This document shows, one piece after another, positions 9,212 to 19,821 of a DNA stretch of 64,000 nucleotides (its first letter is position 1; every line of letters starts with the position of its first letter). The notes beneath the pieces are model-generated. The model ran no database searches and had not been told where the DNA came from. It saw nothing but the letters and a program-made list of their open reading frames with translations. Source of the DNA: Alkalispirochaeta sp. (GTDB taxonomy: Bacteria; Spirochaetota; Spirochaetia; DSM-27196; Alkalispirochaetaceae). Location of the stretch: positions 352,001-416,000 of the forward strand of contig CBDESZ010000004.1 in assembly GCA_965242725.1 (NCBI GenBank), in the 5' to 3' direction. Both the position numbers and the translations under genes were made by a program.

Positions 9212-10581
9212 GCGCGCCGCTGGCACGGGACGTTGGATCCCGCGAGCCCGGGTTCCGGATTGTCGTGGTCGACGACGACCGGGAGATGCGGCAATCGCTG
9301 GCCGACCTGTTGGCGGCGGCGGGGTGGCAGGCGGAAGTGCTGGCGCGGGGCGACGAGGTGTTGCGGCTGCTCGACACGACGGCGCCGGACGTGGTGCTGA
9401 GCGACGTGCGGATGCCGGGGATGAGCGGCCTCGACCTGTTGAACGAACTGACCGGACGGGGTGCGCCGCCGGTGGTGCTGATTTCGGCGCACGGCGACAT
9501 CCCGATGGCGGTGGAGGCGATGCAGGCGGGCGCCTACAGCTTCCTGGAGAAACCGTTCGACCCGCACCGGCTGTTGACGGTGCTGAAGCACGCGGCGGAA
9601 CAACATCGCCTGCGGCAGGACGCCGACCGGCTGCGGGCGCGGTTGGCGCGGCTCGCGGGGCTGGACCGGGTGCTGCTGGGGGAGACGCCGGCGCTGCGGG
9701 CGGTGCGCGAGGACATCCTCGACCTGAGCGACACCCGGGCGACGGTGTTGATCGTCGGCGAGACGGGGACGGGCAAGGAATTGGTGGCGCGGGCGCTGCA
9801 CGACCTGAGCGCGCGGGCGGCGGGGCCGTTCGTGGCGCTGAACTGCGCTGCGATCCCGGTGCGGCAATTCGAGGAAAGCACGTTCGGCGGCGTCGACGGC
9901 AACGAGGGGATCCTGACGCGGGCGGACACGGGGACGCTGTTTCTCGACGAAGTGGCGGAATGCCCGACGGGGGTCCAGGCGAAACTCCTACGGGCGCTGG
10001 AGACCGGCGAGTTCACGCCGGTGGGCAGCGACCGGCCGCGGCGGGTCGACGTGCGGGTGATCTCGGCGGCGAACGAGCCGCTGGACGCGGCGGTGGAAGA
10101 CGGGCGATTTCGCGACGATCTGTACTTTCGGCTGAACAACGTGGTGCTGACGCTGCCGGCGTTGCGCGACCGGCGGGACGACGTGCCGCTGCTGTACCAG
10201 CACTTTCTGGCGCAGCACGCGGCGCTGTACGAGATCGCGGCGCCGGAGACGACGGCGGAAGACCTGTCGGCGCTGCTGGCGCACGACTGGCCGGGCAACG
10301 TGCGGGAGCTGCGCCACGTGGCGCAGCGGCGGGCGCTGGCGGCGCGGCGCGGGCGCGGGTCGGCGGCGGAGGCGATCCGGGTCGATGATGGGGGCGGCGA
10401 CAGCGATGTGCCGGACACCCTGCGGGAGGCGGTGGCGGCGCTGGAGCGGCACCTGATCGCCAACGCGATCCGGACCCATAACGGGCGGATGGACGCGGTG
10501 GCCGAGGCATTGGGGATCGGGCGGCGGACGCTGAACGAAAAGATCGTCAAACTGGGGCTGAACAAGGCCGAATTGCTGTAG
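9208..10581 (+). CDS. dctD: DctD/NtrC-family response regulator (receiver-AAA+-Fis HTH) lacking the GAFTGA loop
   Basis: Receiver VVDDD...DVRMPG...KP, Walker A GETGTGKE, TLFLDE, WPGNVREL and a C-terminal HTH. No GAFTGA. Confidence 0.85.
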   Translation: MSAPLARDVGSREPGFRIVVVDDDREMRQSLADLLAAAGWQAEVLARGDEVLRLLDTTAPDVVLSDVRMPGMSGLDLLNELTGRGAPPVVLISAHGDIPMAVEAMQAGAYSFLEKPFDPHRLLTVLKHAAEQHRLRQDADRLRARLARLAGLDRVLLGETPALRAVREDILDLSDTRATVLIVGETGTGKELVARALHDLSARAAGPFVALNCAAIPVRQFEESTFGGVDGNEGILTRADTGTLFLDEVAECPTGVQAKLLRALETGEFTPVGSDRPRRVDVRVISAANEPLDAAVEDGRFRDDLYFRLNNVVLTLPALRDRRDDVPLLYQHFLAQHAALYEIAAPETTAEDLSALLAHDWPGNVRELRHVAQRRALAARRGRGSAAEAIRVDDGGGDSDVPDTLREAVAALERHLIANAIRTHNGRMDAVAEALGIGRRTLNEKIVKLGLNKAELL

Positions 10582-10590
10582 GCACGCCTG

Positions 10591-10635
10591 GCGGAAATCC
10601 GCATGCGCGGCCGCCATGGCGGCGCGGATTTCTTC
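10591..10635. promoter_or_regulatory. Tandem putative DctD-type operator sites upstream of the TAXI operon
   Basis: Palindrome GCGGAAATCCGC at 10591-10602 and degenerate copy GCGGATTTCTTC at 10624-10635, 33 bp apart. They resemble rhizobial DctD sites as I recall them. Confidence 0.5.
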
Positions 10636-10732
10636 ATAGGCAGGGTTGGCGGCGACCTCTTAAGGTTGTGGGATCAGAGGTTGTCCGGCCGGGGGCCGGT
10701 GCCTCACCAGAACACAGTCGGGAGGACTCTTA

Positions 10733-11752
10733 ATGTCTGTCATCAAGAAGGCGTTGGTGCTGACGGCAAGCGCGGTCGTGGCCGGTGGCTTGGCCGCGCA
10801 GGCTCAAGCGCAAGAGGAACGGAACTATCTGCTGGCGACGGCGAGCACGGGAGGGACGTACTACCCGGTCGGCGTGGCGCTGTCGACGCTGACCAAGGTC
10901 AAGCTGCAGCCACGGCAGAAGATCAACATGTCGGCGATCAACTCGGCCGGGTCGGGCGAGAACGTGCGGCTGCTGCGGGAGGACGAAGCGCAGTTCGCGA
11001 TCCTGCAAGGGCTGTTCGGCTACTACGCGGCGACGGGCACGGGGCCGATCGAGGCCGACGGGCCGCAGGAAAACCTGCGCAGCGTGTCGATGCTGTGGTC
11101 GAACGTCGAGCACTTCGTGGTGAAGAAGGAATATGCCGAGACCGGGACGGTGTCGGACTTCTTCAACCTGAAGGGTGAGACGGTGTCGATGGGGCGCCAG
11201 AACTCGGGCACCATCGGGTCCAACAACGTGCTGATGGGTAACCTCGGCGTCGACATGGAGGGCGAATACGACTTGGCCTTCATGGGCTACACGCCGAGCG
11301 CCGAGGCGCTGCAGAACGGCAACATCGAAGGCATGAGCACGCCGGCTGGCGCGCCGGTCGGTGCCGTCACGCAGGCGCTCGCCGCGCTGGGTGAAGACGC
11401 GGTGGTGCTCGACTTCACCGACGAGCAGGCGGCGCAGGCCGACGGCGGGTTCGGGTTGTGGACACGCTACGTCATCCCGGCCGGGACCTATCCGGGCCAG
11501 GACAAGGACATCAACACCATCGCCCAGCCGAACTTCCTGGCGGTGCGTGACGACGTCGACGAAGACGCGGTCTACCAGATCACCAAGACGGTGTACGAGA
11601 ACCTGGCGTTCCTGCAGGGCATCCACGGCGCGACCAAGGCGATGAGCCTGGACGCGGCGCTGGCCGGGCTGCCGCTGCCGCTGCACCCGGGCGCGCTAAA
11701 GTACTACCAGGAGGTCGGGATCGACGTGCCCGACAATCTGATCGCGCAATAG
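10733..11752 (+). CDS. TAXI-family TRAP transporter solute-binding protein
   Basis: Signal peptide, ATASTGGTYYPVG, GSGENV, SGTIG and PLHPGALKYY TAXI motifs. Strong SD GGAGG. Confidence 0.93.
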   Translation: MSVIKKALVLTASAVVAGGLAAQAQAQEERNYLLATASTGGTYYPVGVALSTLTKVKLQPRQKINMSAINSAGSGENVRLLREDEAQFAILQGLFGYYAATGTGPIEADGPQENLRSVSMLWSNVEHFVVKKEYAETGTVSDFFNLKGETVSMGRQNSGTIGSNNVLMGNLGVDMEGEYDLAFMGYTPSAEALQNGNIEGMSTPAGAPVGAVTQALAALGEDAVVLDFTDEQAAQADGGFGLWTRYVIPAGTYPGQDKDINTIAQPNFLAVRDDVDEDAVYQITKTVYENLAFLQGIHGATKAMSLDAALAGLPLPLHPGALKYYQEVGIDVPDNLIAQ

Positions 11753-11760
11753 ATCTTAAA

Positions 11761-11787
11761 GCGGTGGCGCCCGAGTGGCGCCACCGC
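11761..11787 (+). terminator. Intercistronic stem-loop (attenuator or mRNA stabiliser) between binding protein and permease
   Basis: Perfect 10-bp inverted repeat GCGGTGGCGC-N7-GCGCCACCGC, with no U-tract. Confidence 0.5.
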
Positions 11788-11798
11788 GACTCTTGGAG

Positions 11799-13949
11799 AT
11801 GACCACCACCGCCGACGCGACGAAGGCTCCAGGGGGGACGGTTCCGGGGGCCGACGTACCGGGGTCGGACGCGGGAACGCCGGAGGGCCAGCGGCAAGGG
11901 CCGATCCTGAACCGGGTGGTGTTCTGGGTCGGCATCGCGCTGTCCGTCGCCCACATCTATTTCAATACGCGGGGCACGCTGTCGACGCTGTGGATGTCGG
12001 CCTGGCATTTCGCCGGGCTGGGGTTCATGTGCGCCCTGCTCTACCCGATGTTCCACCCGCGGCACGCGGGGACGAAGCGGGCGCTGTTGGTGGCCGACGT
12101 GGCGATCGGCGTCGCCGTGGCGGCGGCGGCGGTGTTCCTGATCAGCCAGGAAAACGCGATCTACGACCGGGGGGTGCGGCTGTCGCTGGCGAACTGGGTG
12201 GCGGCGATTTTCCTGATCGTCGCGGCGATCGACCTGACGCGGCGGACGACGGGGCTGATCATCCCGATCCTGATCGTGCTGGCGATGACCTACGTGGCGT
12301 GGTGGGGCGAGCTGATCGGCGGGATCTTCAAGTTCCGCGGGCTGTCGTTGGAGACGATCCTGTTCCGCTCGGTGTACGGCGACGAGGCGATGTTCGGGGT
12401 GATCGCGCGGATCTCGGCGACCGTGGTGTTCATGTTCATTCTGTTCGGGGCGTTCCTGATCCGCTCCGGCGCGGGGGATTTCATTATCAACCTGGCGCGG
12501 GCGCTGGCCGGCAAGATGGTCGGCGGGCCGGGGCTGGTGGCGGTGTTCGCGTCGGGGCTGACGGGCACGATTTCGGGCTCGGCGGTGGGCAACACCATGT
12601 CGACGGGCTCGATCACCATCCCGCTGATGAAACGCAGCGGGTTCCCGGCGAAGTTCGCCGGCGGGGTCGAGGCGGCGGCGTCGACGGGCGGGCAGTTGAT
12701 GCCGCCGATCATGGGCGCCGGGGCGTTCGTGATGGCCAACTTCACGCAGATCAGCTACCTGAAAATCGTCTCGGTGAGCCTGCTGCCGGCGCTGCTGTAT
12801 TTCCTGTCGGTGGGCTTCTTCGTGCGCATCCAGGCGCGGCGCAAGGGGTTGCAGGTGGCGGGCGACGACGCGCCGCGGCTGGGCCAGGTGCTGCGGGCCG
12901 GTGGGCCGGCGTTCCTGTTGCCGATCGGCGTGCTGATCGTGCTGCTGATAATGGGGTTCACGCCGACATTCGCGGCGGGCTACGGGATTATCGCGGTGGT
13001 GGTGGCGTCGTGGCTGACGCCGAACAAGATGGGGCCCATGGCGGTGCTGGAGGCGCTGGCCATGGGCGCGCGCAGCATGGTGCCGATCGGGGTGCTGCTG
13101 ATCGCCATCGGGCTGGTCGTCAACGTGCTGGTGACGACGGGGGTGGGCAACACGCTGTCGCAGATGATCGCCCAGTGGTCGGGGGGCAGCCTGCTGATCG
13201 CCATGGTGCTGATCGCGCTGGCGTCGCTGATCCTCGGCATGGGGCTGCCGGTGACGGCGAGCTATATCGTGCTGGCGTCGCTGTCGGCGCCGGTGCTGTT
13301 CGAGCTGATTTCGCAGAACCACCTGGCGGCGACCATCGCGGCGGGCAGCCTGCCGCAGGAGGCGCAGGCGATCTTCCTGCTGGTGGCGCCGGAGCAGGTG
13401 GGGGCGTTGTCGCAGCCGATGGCGCTGGCCGACGCCAAGGCGCTGTTGGCGCTGGTGCCGCCGGACTTCCAACGGACGCTGCTCGACCAGGCACTGGACC
13501 CGGCGCTGCTGGCGACGGCGCTGATCAGCGCTCATATGATCATTTTCTGGCTGAGCCAGGACAGCAACGTGACGCCGCCGGTGTGCCTGACGGCGTTCGC
13601 GGCGGCGGCGATCGCCAAGACGCCGCCGATGGCGACGGGGTTGCAGGCGTGGAAATCGGCGAAGGGGCTGTACATCGTGCCGCTGCTGTTCGCCTATACG
13701 CCGCTGCTCGGCGGCAATGTGCCGGAAATGCTGGAGATCGCGGCGTTCGCGGCGCTCGGCCTGTATGCGCTGGCGGGGATGCTGGAGGGCTACTTGGAAG
13801 CGCCGGTGACGGTGGTAGAGCGCGTGGTGCTGGCCGGCGCCGGGGCGGCGCTGCTGTGGCCGGCGGGTCTGGTGGTGCACGGCGCCGGGGTGGTGGTGCT
13901 GGCGGCGGTGTTCTTCTGGTCGCTGCGGCGGGGGCGGCGGGCCGCGTAG
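11799..13949 (+). CDS. TRAP transporter fused 4TM/12TM permease (TAXI type)
   Basis: Highly hydrophobic. GTISGSAVGN, EAAASTGGQLMPPIMGAGAF, LGMGLPVTASY and TPPVCL motifs. Confidence 0.92.
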   Translation: MTTTADATKAPGGTVPGADVPGSDAGTPEGQRQGPILNRVVFWVGIALSVAHIYFNTRGTLSTLWMSAWHFAGLGFMCALLYPMFHPRHAGTKRALLVADVAIGVAVAAAAVFLISQENAIYDRGVRLSLANWVAAIFLIVAAIDLTRRTTGLIIPILIVLAMTYVAWWGELIGGIFKFRGLSLETILFRSVYGDEAMFGVIARISATVVFMFILFGAFLIRSGAGDFIINLARALAGKMVGGPGLVAVFASGLTGTISGSAVGNTMSTGSITIPLMKRSGFPAKFAGGVEAAASTGGQLMPPIMGAGAFVMANFTQISYLKIVSVSLLPALLYFLSVGFFVRIQARRKGLQVAGDDAPRLGQVLRAGGPAFLLPIGVLIVLLIMGFTPTFAAGYGIIAVVVASWLTPNKMGPMAVLEALAMGARSMVPIGVLLIAIGLVVNVLVTTGVGNTLSQMIAQWSGGSLLIAMVLIALASLILGMGLPVTASYIVLASLSAPVLFELISQNHLAATIAAGSLPQEAQAIFLLVAPEQVGALSQPMALADAKALLALVPPDFQRTLLDQALDPALLATALISAHMIIFWLSQDSNVTPPVCLTAFAAAAIAKTPPMATGLQAWKSAKGLYIVPLLFAYTPLLGGNVPEMLEIAAFAALGLYALAGMLEGYLEAPVTVVERVVLAGAGAALLWPAGLVVHGAGVVVLAAVFFWSLRRGRRAA

Positions 13950-14032
13950 GCTTCACGCCTATTTGCAGGGAGGGCGGGGCGGACTATCGTGGCGCCGAAC
14001 CAACTAGCACGATCAACCGGGGGCGGTGACGC

Positions 14033-14662
14033 ATGAAGATGTCGGGCGAGGAGACCATCGCGGCGCCGCGCGAGAAGGTGTGGGCGGCGCTGAACGATCC
14101 GGAGGTGCTGAAGCAATGCATCCCGGGCTGCGAGAGCGTCGAGAAGACCAGCGACACGAGCTTCGACGCCAAGGTGACGGCGAAGGTCGGGCCGGTGAAG
14201 GCGAAGTTCAGCGGCAGCGTCAACCTGACGGACCTGGACCCACCGAACGGCTACAAGATCAGCGGCGAAGGCAAAGGCGGCGCGGCCGGTTTCGCCAAGG
14301 GCGGGGCGACGGTGCGGCTGGCCGACGGTCCGGACGGCGCGACGGTGCTGAGCTACGACGTCGACGCCAGCGTCGGCGGCAAACTGGCGCAGCTCGGGGC
14401 GCGGCTGATCGACGGCACGGCGAAGAAGATGGCGGGCGAGTTCTTCGAGACGTTTGCCGGGGTGGTCGGCGGGGCGCCGACGGGCGCCGAGGCGGAACCG
14501 ACCCTGGGCGAACCACCGACCGCGGCGGCGGCCGACGAAACCCTGGCGGCGACGCCACAGCCGCCGCCGGTGAAGGAATCGCCGGGTGGGCTGTCGAGCA
14601 AGGCGTGGATCCTGCTGCTGGTTATTGTCGTTGTCATCGTGCTGGCCGTATTGTCAGCCTAA
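14033..14662 (+). CDS. coxG: CoxG (SRPBCC/START fold) with C-terminal membrane anchor
   Basis: VWAALNDPEVLKQCIPGCE, KVGPVKAKF and GGKLAQLGARLI. A Pro/Ala linker leads to a C-terminal TM helix. Confidence 0.9.
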   Translation: MKMSGEETIAAPREKVWAALNDPEVLKQCIPGCESVEKTSDTSFDAKVTAKVGPVKAKFSGSVNLTDLDPPNGYKISGEGKGGAAGFAKGGATVRLADGPDGATVLSYDVDASVGGKLAQLGARLIDGTAKKMAGEFFETFAGVVGGAPTGAEAEPTLGEPPTAAAADETLAATPQPPPVKESPGGLSSKAWILLLVIVVVIVLAVLSA

Positions 14663-14770
14663 TCTGTCCGGGCGGCGCTTGACCCCCGGGAATTCGCGGT
14701 AAAGTATTCACGCGGTTCGCGCGGCGGCCAGCCGGGTACGGCCGCTATTTGTTTCTTGGGAGGAAGATCG

Positions 14771-15241
14771 ATGCCAACGGTGACGCTGTCGGTGAACGGC
14801 CAGCAGGTGAGCGGCGAGGTGGAGAACCGCACGCTGCTGGTGGATTTCTTGCGCGAGCAGCTGATGCTGACGGGCACCCACGTGGGGTGCGACACGAGCC
14901 AATGCGGGGCGTGCGTCGTCGACCTGGACGGGGTGTCGGCGAAGTCGTGTACGGTGCTGGCGGTGCAGGCCGACGGCCGATCGGTGACGACGATCGAGGG
15001 CCTGGCGACGAGCGACGAACTGCACCCGATGCAGCAGGCGTTCCAGGATCACCACGGGCTGCAATGCGGCTATTGCACGCCGGGCATGGTGATGAGCGCG
15101 ATCGACCTGGCAAACAGCAAGCCGAACCCGACGGAAGAGGACGTGCGCGACTGGCTGGAAGGCAACCTGTGCCGGTGCACGGGGTATCAGAATATCGTCA
15201 AGTCGGTGCTGGCCGGCGCCGCGGCGATGCGGGGGGGCTGA
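14771..15241 (+). CDS. coxS: CoxS/CutS-type (2Fe-2S) small subunit of a xanthine dehydrogenase/CODH-family molybdoenzyme
   Basis: [18 protein letters not shown] and [16 protein letters not shown]. Confidence 0.93.
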   Translation: MPTVTLSVNGQQVSGEVENRTLLVDFLREQLMLTGTHVGCDTSQCGACVVDLDGVSAKSCTVLAVQADGRSVTTIEGLATSDELHPMQQAFQDHHGLQCGYCTPGMVMSAIDLANSKPNPTEEDVRDWLEGNLCRCTGYQNIVKSVLAGAAAMRGG

Positions 15242-15244
15242 GGC

Positions 15245-16042
15245 ATGTACGAATTCAACTATCGGCGGGCGGAGACGGTGGCCGACGCGGTGGCGCAGCG
15301 GGACGCGGCCGAGGACGGCACCTACATGGCCGGCGGCATGACGCTGATCCCGACGCTGAAACAACGCTTGGCGATGCCGAGCGATGTGGTCGACATCGGC
15401 GGGATGCGGGACATCCAAGGGGTGCGCGACGACGGCGGCGCGATCGCGATCGGCGCCGGCACGACCCACCGGGCGGTGGCGGGATCGGACATCGTTTTGG
15501 CGCGGATTCCGGCGCTGGCGGCACTGGCCGGCGGGATCGGCGACCCGGCAGTGCGCAGCCGGGGAACGCTCGGCGGTTCGATCGCCAACAACGACCCGGC
15601 GGCGGACTACCCGGCGGCGTGCCTGGGGCTGGGCGCGACCATCGTCACGGACCGGCGGGAACTGAGCGCCGACGACTACTTCACGGGCATGTTCGAGACG
15701 GCGTTGGAAGACGGCGAACTGGTGACCGAAGTGCGGTTTCCGGTGCCGGCCAAGGCTGCCTACGCCAAGTTCGACAACCCGGCGTCGCGGTACGCCATCG
15801 TCGGGGTGTTCGTGGCACAGACGGACGGCGGGCCACGGGTCGCGGTGACCGGCGCGGGGCAGGACGGGGTGTTCCGGGTGGCGGCGATGGAAGAGGCGCT
15901 GGCCGGGGGCTGGAACGCCGACGCCGTGGCCGGGGTCGCGGTGCCGGCGACGGGGCTGAACGGCGACATTCACTCGTCGGCGGCACACCGGGCGCAGTTG
16001 ATCACGGTGATGGCGAAACGGGCGGTGGCGGCCGCCGGCTGA
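15245..16042 (+). CDS. coxM: CoxM/CutM-type FAD-binding medium subunit
   Basis: AGGMTLIP, IGDPAVRSRGTLGGSIANNDPAADYP and NPASRYA. Confidence 0.92.
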   Translation: MYEFNYRRAETVADAVAQRDAAEDGTYMAGGMTLIPTLKQRLAMPSDVVDIGGMRDIQGVRDDGGAIAIGAGTTHRAVAGSDIVLARIPALAALAGGIGDPAVRSRGTLGGSIANNDPAADYPAACLGLGATIVTDRRELSADDYFTGMFETALEDGELVTEVRFPVPAKAAYAKFDNPASRYAIVGVFVAQTDGGPRVAVTGAGQDGVFRVAAMEEALAGGWNADAVAGVAVPATGLNGDIHSSAAHRAQLITVMAKRAVAAAG

Positions 16043-16114
16043 CCGCGGCAACCGCGGGTCGGCGACACCTGACGGTTTCGGGACACTGGGGCGCGGCTCG
16101 TCTATAACCACTTG

Positions 16115-19100
16115 ATGGACCGGCCAGACGAGTCGCGGGCCGAGGTGCCGTCGGGCGACGGCACAGCCGACCACAGCGACGCCGCCGCGGACGATGCGGG
16201 GGCCCGCTTGCCGGCGGTGGTGACGGTCGAAAAAGCCAAACACGCGGATGACGACGCCGGCGACAACCCGGGCGATGGCGGGGGCGACGACGCGGATGGG
16301 GCGCGGCCGGAGAGCTTTCCGAGCTTCATCGCGTTGCCGCCGCCGGACAAAGTCGGTGTAACCGACTCCGACGACGACGCCGATAACGCCGCAGAGGCGG
16401 AAGACGACCCGTATGCGGCGGCGTTCGCCGACCCGCCCCGGCGGGCAACGATTTGGCCGGCGGTGCTATCGGTGGTGGGGCCGCTGGCGGTGCTCGGCGC
16501 GGCGGGCTGGTGGGTGTGGCAAGAGCGGACAGGTGCTGCCGAGTGGGCGGTGCCGCGGATCGCCGCCCTGGCCGGTTTCGACTTGGGGCTGACGGTGGTT
16601 GGTTTGGAGCCCGACGGGTTGTCGGCGACGGACGTCCGGCTTGGCGGCGGGGTCGAGGCGGCCAGCGTCGCGGCGACCTACAGCATCGCCGGGCTGTTGC
16701 GTGGGCGGGTCGACAGCTTGGCAGTCGACGGGCTGACGATCGAGGCGCGGCGGGCCGAAAGCGGCTGGCAAATCGACGGGCTGACGGACGGCCAAGGCGG
16801 CGCCGCGCCGCTGACGACGGTACCGGACCTGCCGTTCACCACCCTCGACCTGACCGACGCGACGATCAACGTGGCGATCGCGGGCGGGACGATCGCGGTG
16901 GCCGGCGGCGGGGCGGTGACGACAGAGCCGGATGGCGCGGTGGCGGCGACGTGGGACGGGCGCGTTGTTGGCGATGGTGACGGGCGTGCCCTGGGCGGCG
17001 GCGACCTGGCGGTGGCCGGGCGGCTGGCGCCGACGGAGGCGGGACTGGCGCTGGCGGCGGCGATCGAGGTTGACGGCGCGCTAGGAGAAGACGTGGCGGC
17101 GGTGCTGGGCGACGGGTCGTGGGCGCAGGCGGGGGCCAGCGGGGCGGTGGCTGTCGATATGACCATCGGCGACGCGACGAGCGGGTCGATCGAATTTTCC
17201 GGCGTTTCGTTGGCGGCGCCGTTGCGGGATCTGGCGGTGAGCGGCGTCGACGGCGGTGGGTCGTTCGATTGGCCGCTGGGCGACGTGGACATGCGGCTGG
17301 TGCACGGCGGGGTGACGGTTGGCGATTGGGCGTTCGGCGGCGGGCCGCTGGCGCTGCAGAAGACGGGCGACGAGGTCACCGTCGAGGGGCTGGTCGATCT
17401 GCCCATGGGGCGGTTCGACGCGCGGGTCAGCGGCAGCGCCCCGGACGCGCCGGTGACGGCGACGGTGGCCGGCACCCTGCAGACGGCGAGCGCGGCGGCG
17501 TTGGTCGCCGGCGTCGCGGCCGAGGGGACGGTGGATCTCGATCTGGCGGTGCAAGCGGAGAACGTGGGGAGCGTGGCGGCGGATTTGTCGGCGCCGGGCG
17601 ATCTCGCCGGCTGGCTGGCGGTGGCCGACCGGCTGGGATTGGTGGTGGAAGGGCGGATCGACGCCGACGTGGCGGGGGTGACGGCGCTTGGCGTTTTCAC
17701 CGGCGGGGCGCTGCGTGGGCCGATCGAGGGGCGGCTCGACCCGGACGGGGTGCAGTTGGCGGCGCTCGGCCCGGTGGCGATGGGGGTGTCGCGGGTAACG
17801 ATGCCGGGGCTCGACGGGTTGGCGGGGGTGCTGCCGGCGGAGGTGCTGTTCGGGGGCGACGCCGGGACACCGCTGCGGTTGGACATTCGCCGCGCGGACG
17901 ATGGCTTCGAGGTGGCGGCGGTGGGTGGCGTCGCGGTGGACGGGTTGCCGTTCGCGCTGGCGGCGGAGATCGACGGCACGGCGACGGTGACGCCGGCGGG
18001 ACTGACGGGCATGGACGTACCGTTCGTGCTGGCGACGGTCGGCGGGATCGACCTGCCGGGCGGGCGGGGCGACGTCGAGGTGTTGCTGAGCGACGTGGGC
18101 GGGACGTTCGATGACTTGACCGGCGAGGCTTCGGTCGGGTTGGCGGCGCCGCTGCTGGTGGTGGGCGGGGTGACGCTGGCCGGGGTGACCGGCGAGATCG
18201 ACGGCGGGGTGGGCTGGGACGGGACGACGCTGGCGGTGACGCCGGCGGCGGGGGTCGCGGGTCGCCCTGGGCGGGGTGTCGGCGGCCGCGGGCTGGCGGC
18301 TGGACGGGCCGGTGGCGTTGGCGCTGGCCGATGGCGCGGCGCAGAAGATCGCCATTGGGCGCGACGGTACGGTGACGGCGGACATCAGCCTGGCAAACCC
18401 GGCGCCGGTGACCGTGGCGCGGGCCGGTGAGACGGTGGCGACCGTCGACTTGGCGGACCTGCGCCTGGAACAGGACAGAGACGGGGCGCGGGCGCGGTTC
18501 GACGGAGCAGCGGTGACGGTGGCGGGGCAGCCGGTGACCCTCGACGACATCGGCGGCGACGTCGCGGTAGTCGATGGGCAGCCGTCGGCAAACGTGAGCG
18601 TCGGGCGGATCGAACACGGGGGAGACCCGGCACCGGTGGTGCCGTTGACGGCGCGGTTGTCGGTGGCGCCGGGGGACGACGGCGTGCTGACGCTGCAGGG
18701 CGAGGCCGGCGACGCGGGCGGGCGGATCCGGCTGGCGTTCGAGGGGCGTCATGACCTGGCGAGCGGCCGTGGCGCAGGCGACGTGACGCTGGAGCCGCTG
18801 GCGTTCCTGCCGACGGTGCTGCAGCCGGAAGCGTTGTTTCCGGTGCTGGCCGGGCGGTTTCGCGAGGTCGACGCCGACATCGGCTTCGCCGGGACGGCGC
18901 GGTGGGGCGACGGCGGGTTCGCGCTGCCGGGGACGGTGAGCTTCGAGGCGCGGTCGCTGGGCATCGACGAAGTGCGGGTGGAAAACGCGCGCGGCGACGT
19001 GGTGTTCGAGGACCTGGTGGTGCCGCGAACGCCGCCGGGGCAGACGATTTCGGTAGGGCTGATCGACGTCGGGGTGCCGCTGACGGACGGGGAAGTGGTG

Positions 19101-19691
19101 GTGCACCTGCCGGGCGACGGGGCGGTCAACGCGCAACTGACGGAACTGGAGATGTTCGGCGGGTCGCTGGAGAGCGATCCGTTCAGTTTCCGGCCGCCGT
19201 CGCGGGACGTCGAAACGGTGCTGCGGGTCGAGGGGGTGGCGCTGGACCAGATGCTGGCGGCGACCAAGGGGGCCGGCGAACTGGCGGTGAGCGGCACGCT
19301 GGACGGGGTGATCCCGCTGAGCTTCGTCGACGGGGAGGCGTCGATCGCCGGCGGGCAATTGGCGACCAAGGACGGCGGCGGGGTGCTGCGCTACGTGCCG
19401 GGCGATGTCGGGGCGCTCGACGAGCAGGAGTTCAGCACGGGGCTGTTCCTCGATGCGGTGAAGAATTTCCACTACGACTCGATCAGCCTGAGTATCGACG
19501 AGGGGGAAGCGGAGGACCTGCGGCTGGGGCTGCAACTGCGGGGCAACAACCCGGACCTGTACGGCGGGGCGCCGCTGGAGCTGAACGTCAACCTGGAGGG
19601 ACCGCTGCAACAGGTGCTGAGCCGGGGGCTGGCGACCTATACGCTGCCGTCGCGGCTGGGCCGGGAACTGGGCACCGGGGCGGCCGAGTGA
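16115..19691 (+). pseudogene. ydbH: YdbH-family (AsmA-like) intermembrane lipid-transfer protein, split by an apparent +1 frameshift at about 18250-18254 (possibly a sequencing error)
   Basis: N-terminal TM, long beta-rich repeats and a C-terminal YdbH-type segment (NFHYDSI...LRGNNPD...LELNVNLEG). Removing one G from GGGGG at 18250-18254 joins ORFs 16112-18430 and 18276-19691 into about 1191 aa. Followed by ynbE and ydbL. Confidence 0.78.
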
Positions 19692-19821
19692 GGCCGTTCA
19701 GGCCCGGTTCAGGCAGGGTGGCGATAATGGCCAAATCCGACGAGACAGTGGGCGTTTTGACATGATGGGCGGGTTGGCTAAGACTTATCCAAACGGGGTA
19801 CACCACCGAGGGGGGACGATA

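Noticed and set aside
15231..15237. G7 tract at the end of coxS as a phase-variation switch
   Set aside because: It lies in the last codons, the frame ends normally and coxM starts properly. There is no evidence of slippage.
14771..16042. Aerobic CO dehydrogenase (form I) capability
   Set aside because: There is no coxL with the AYXCSFR motif, and the order is S-M rather than M-S-L. The substrate cannot be assigned.
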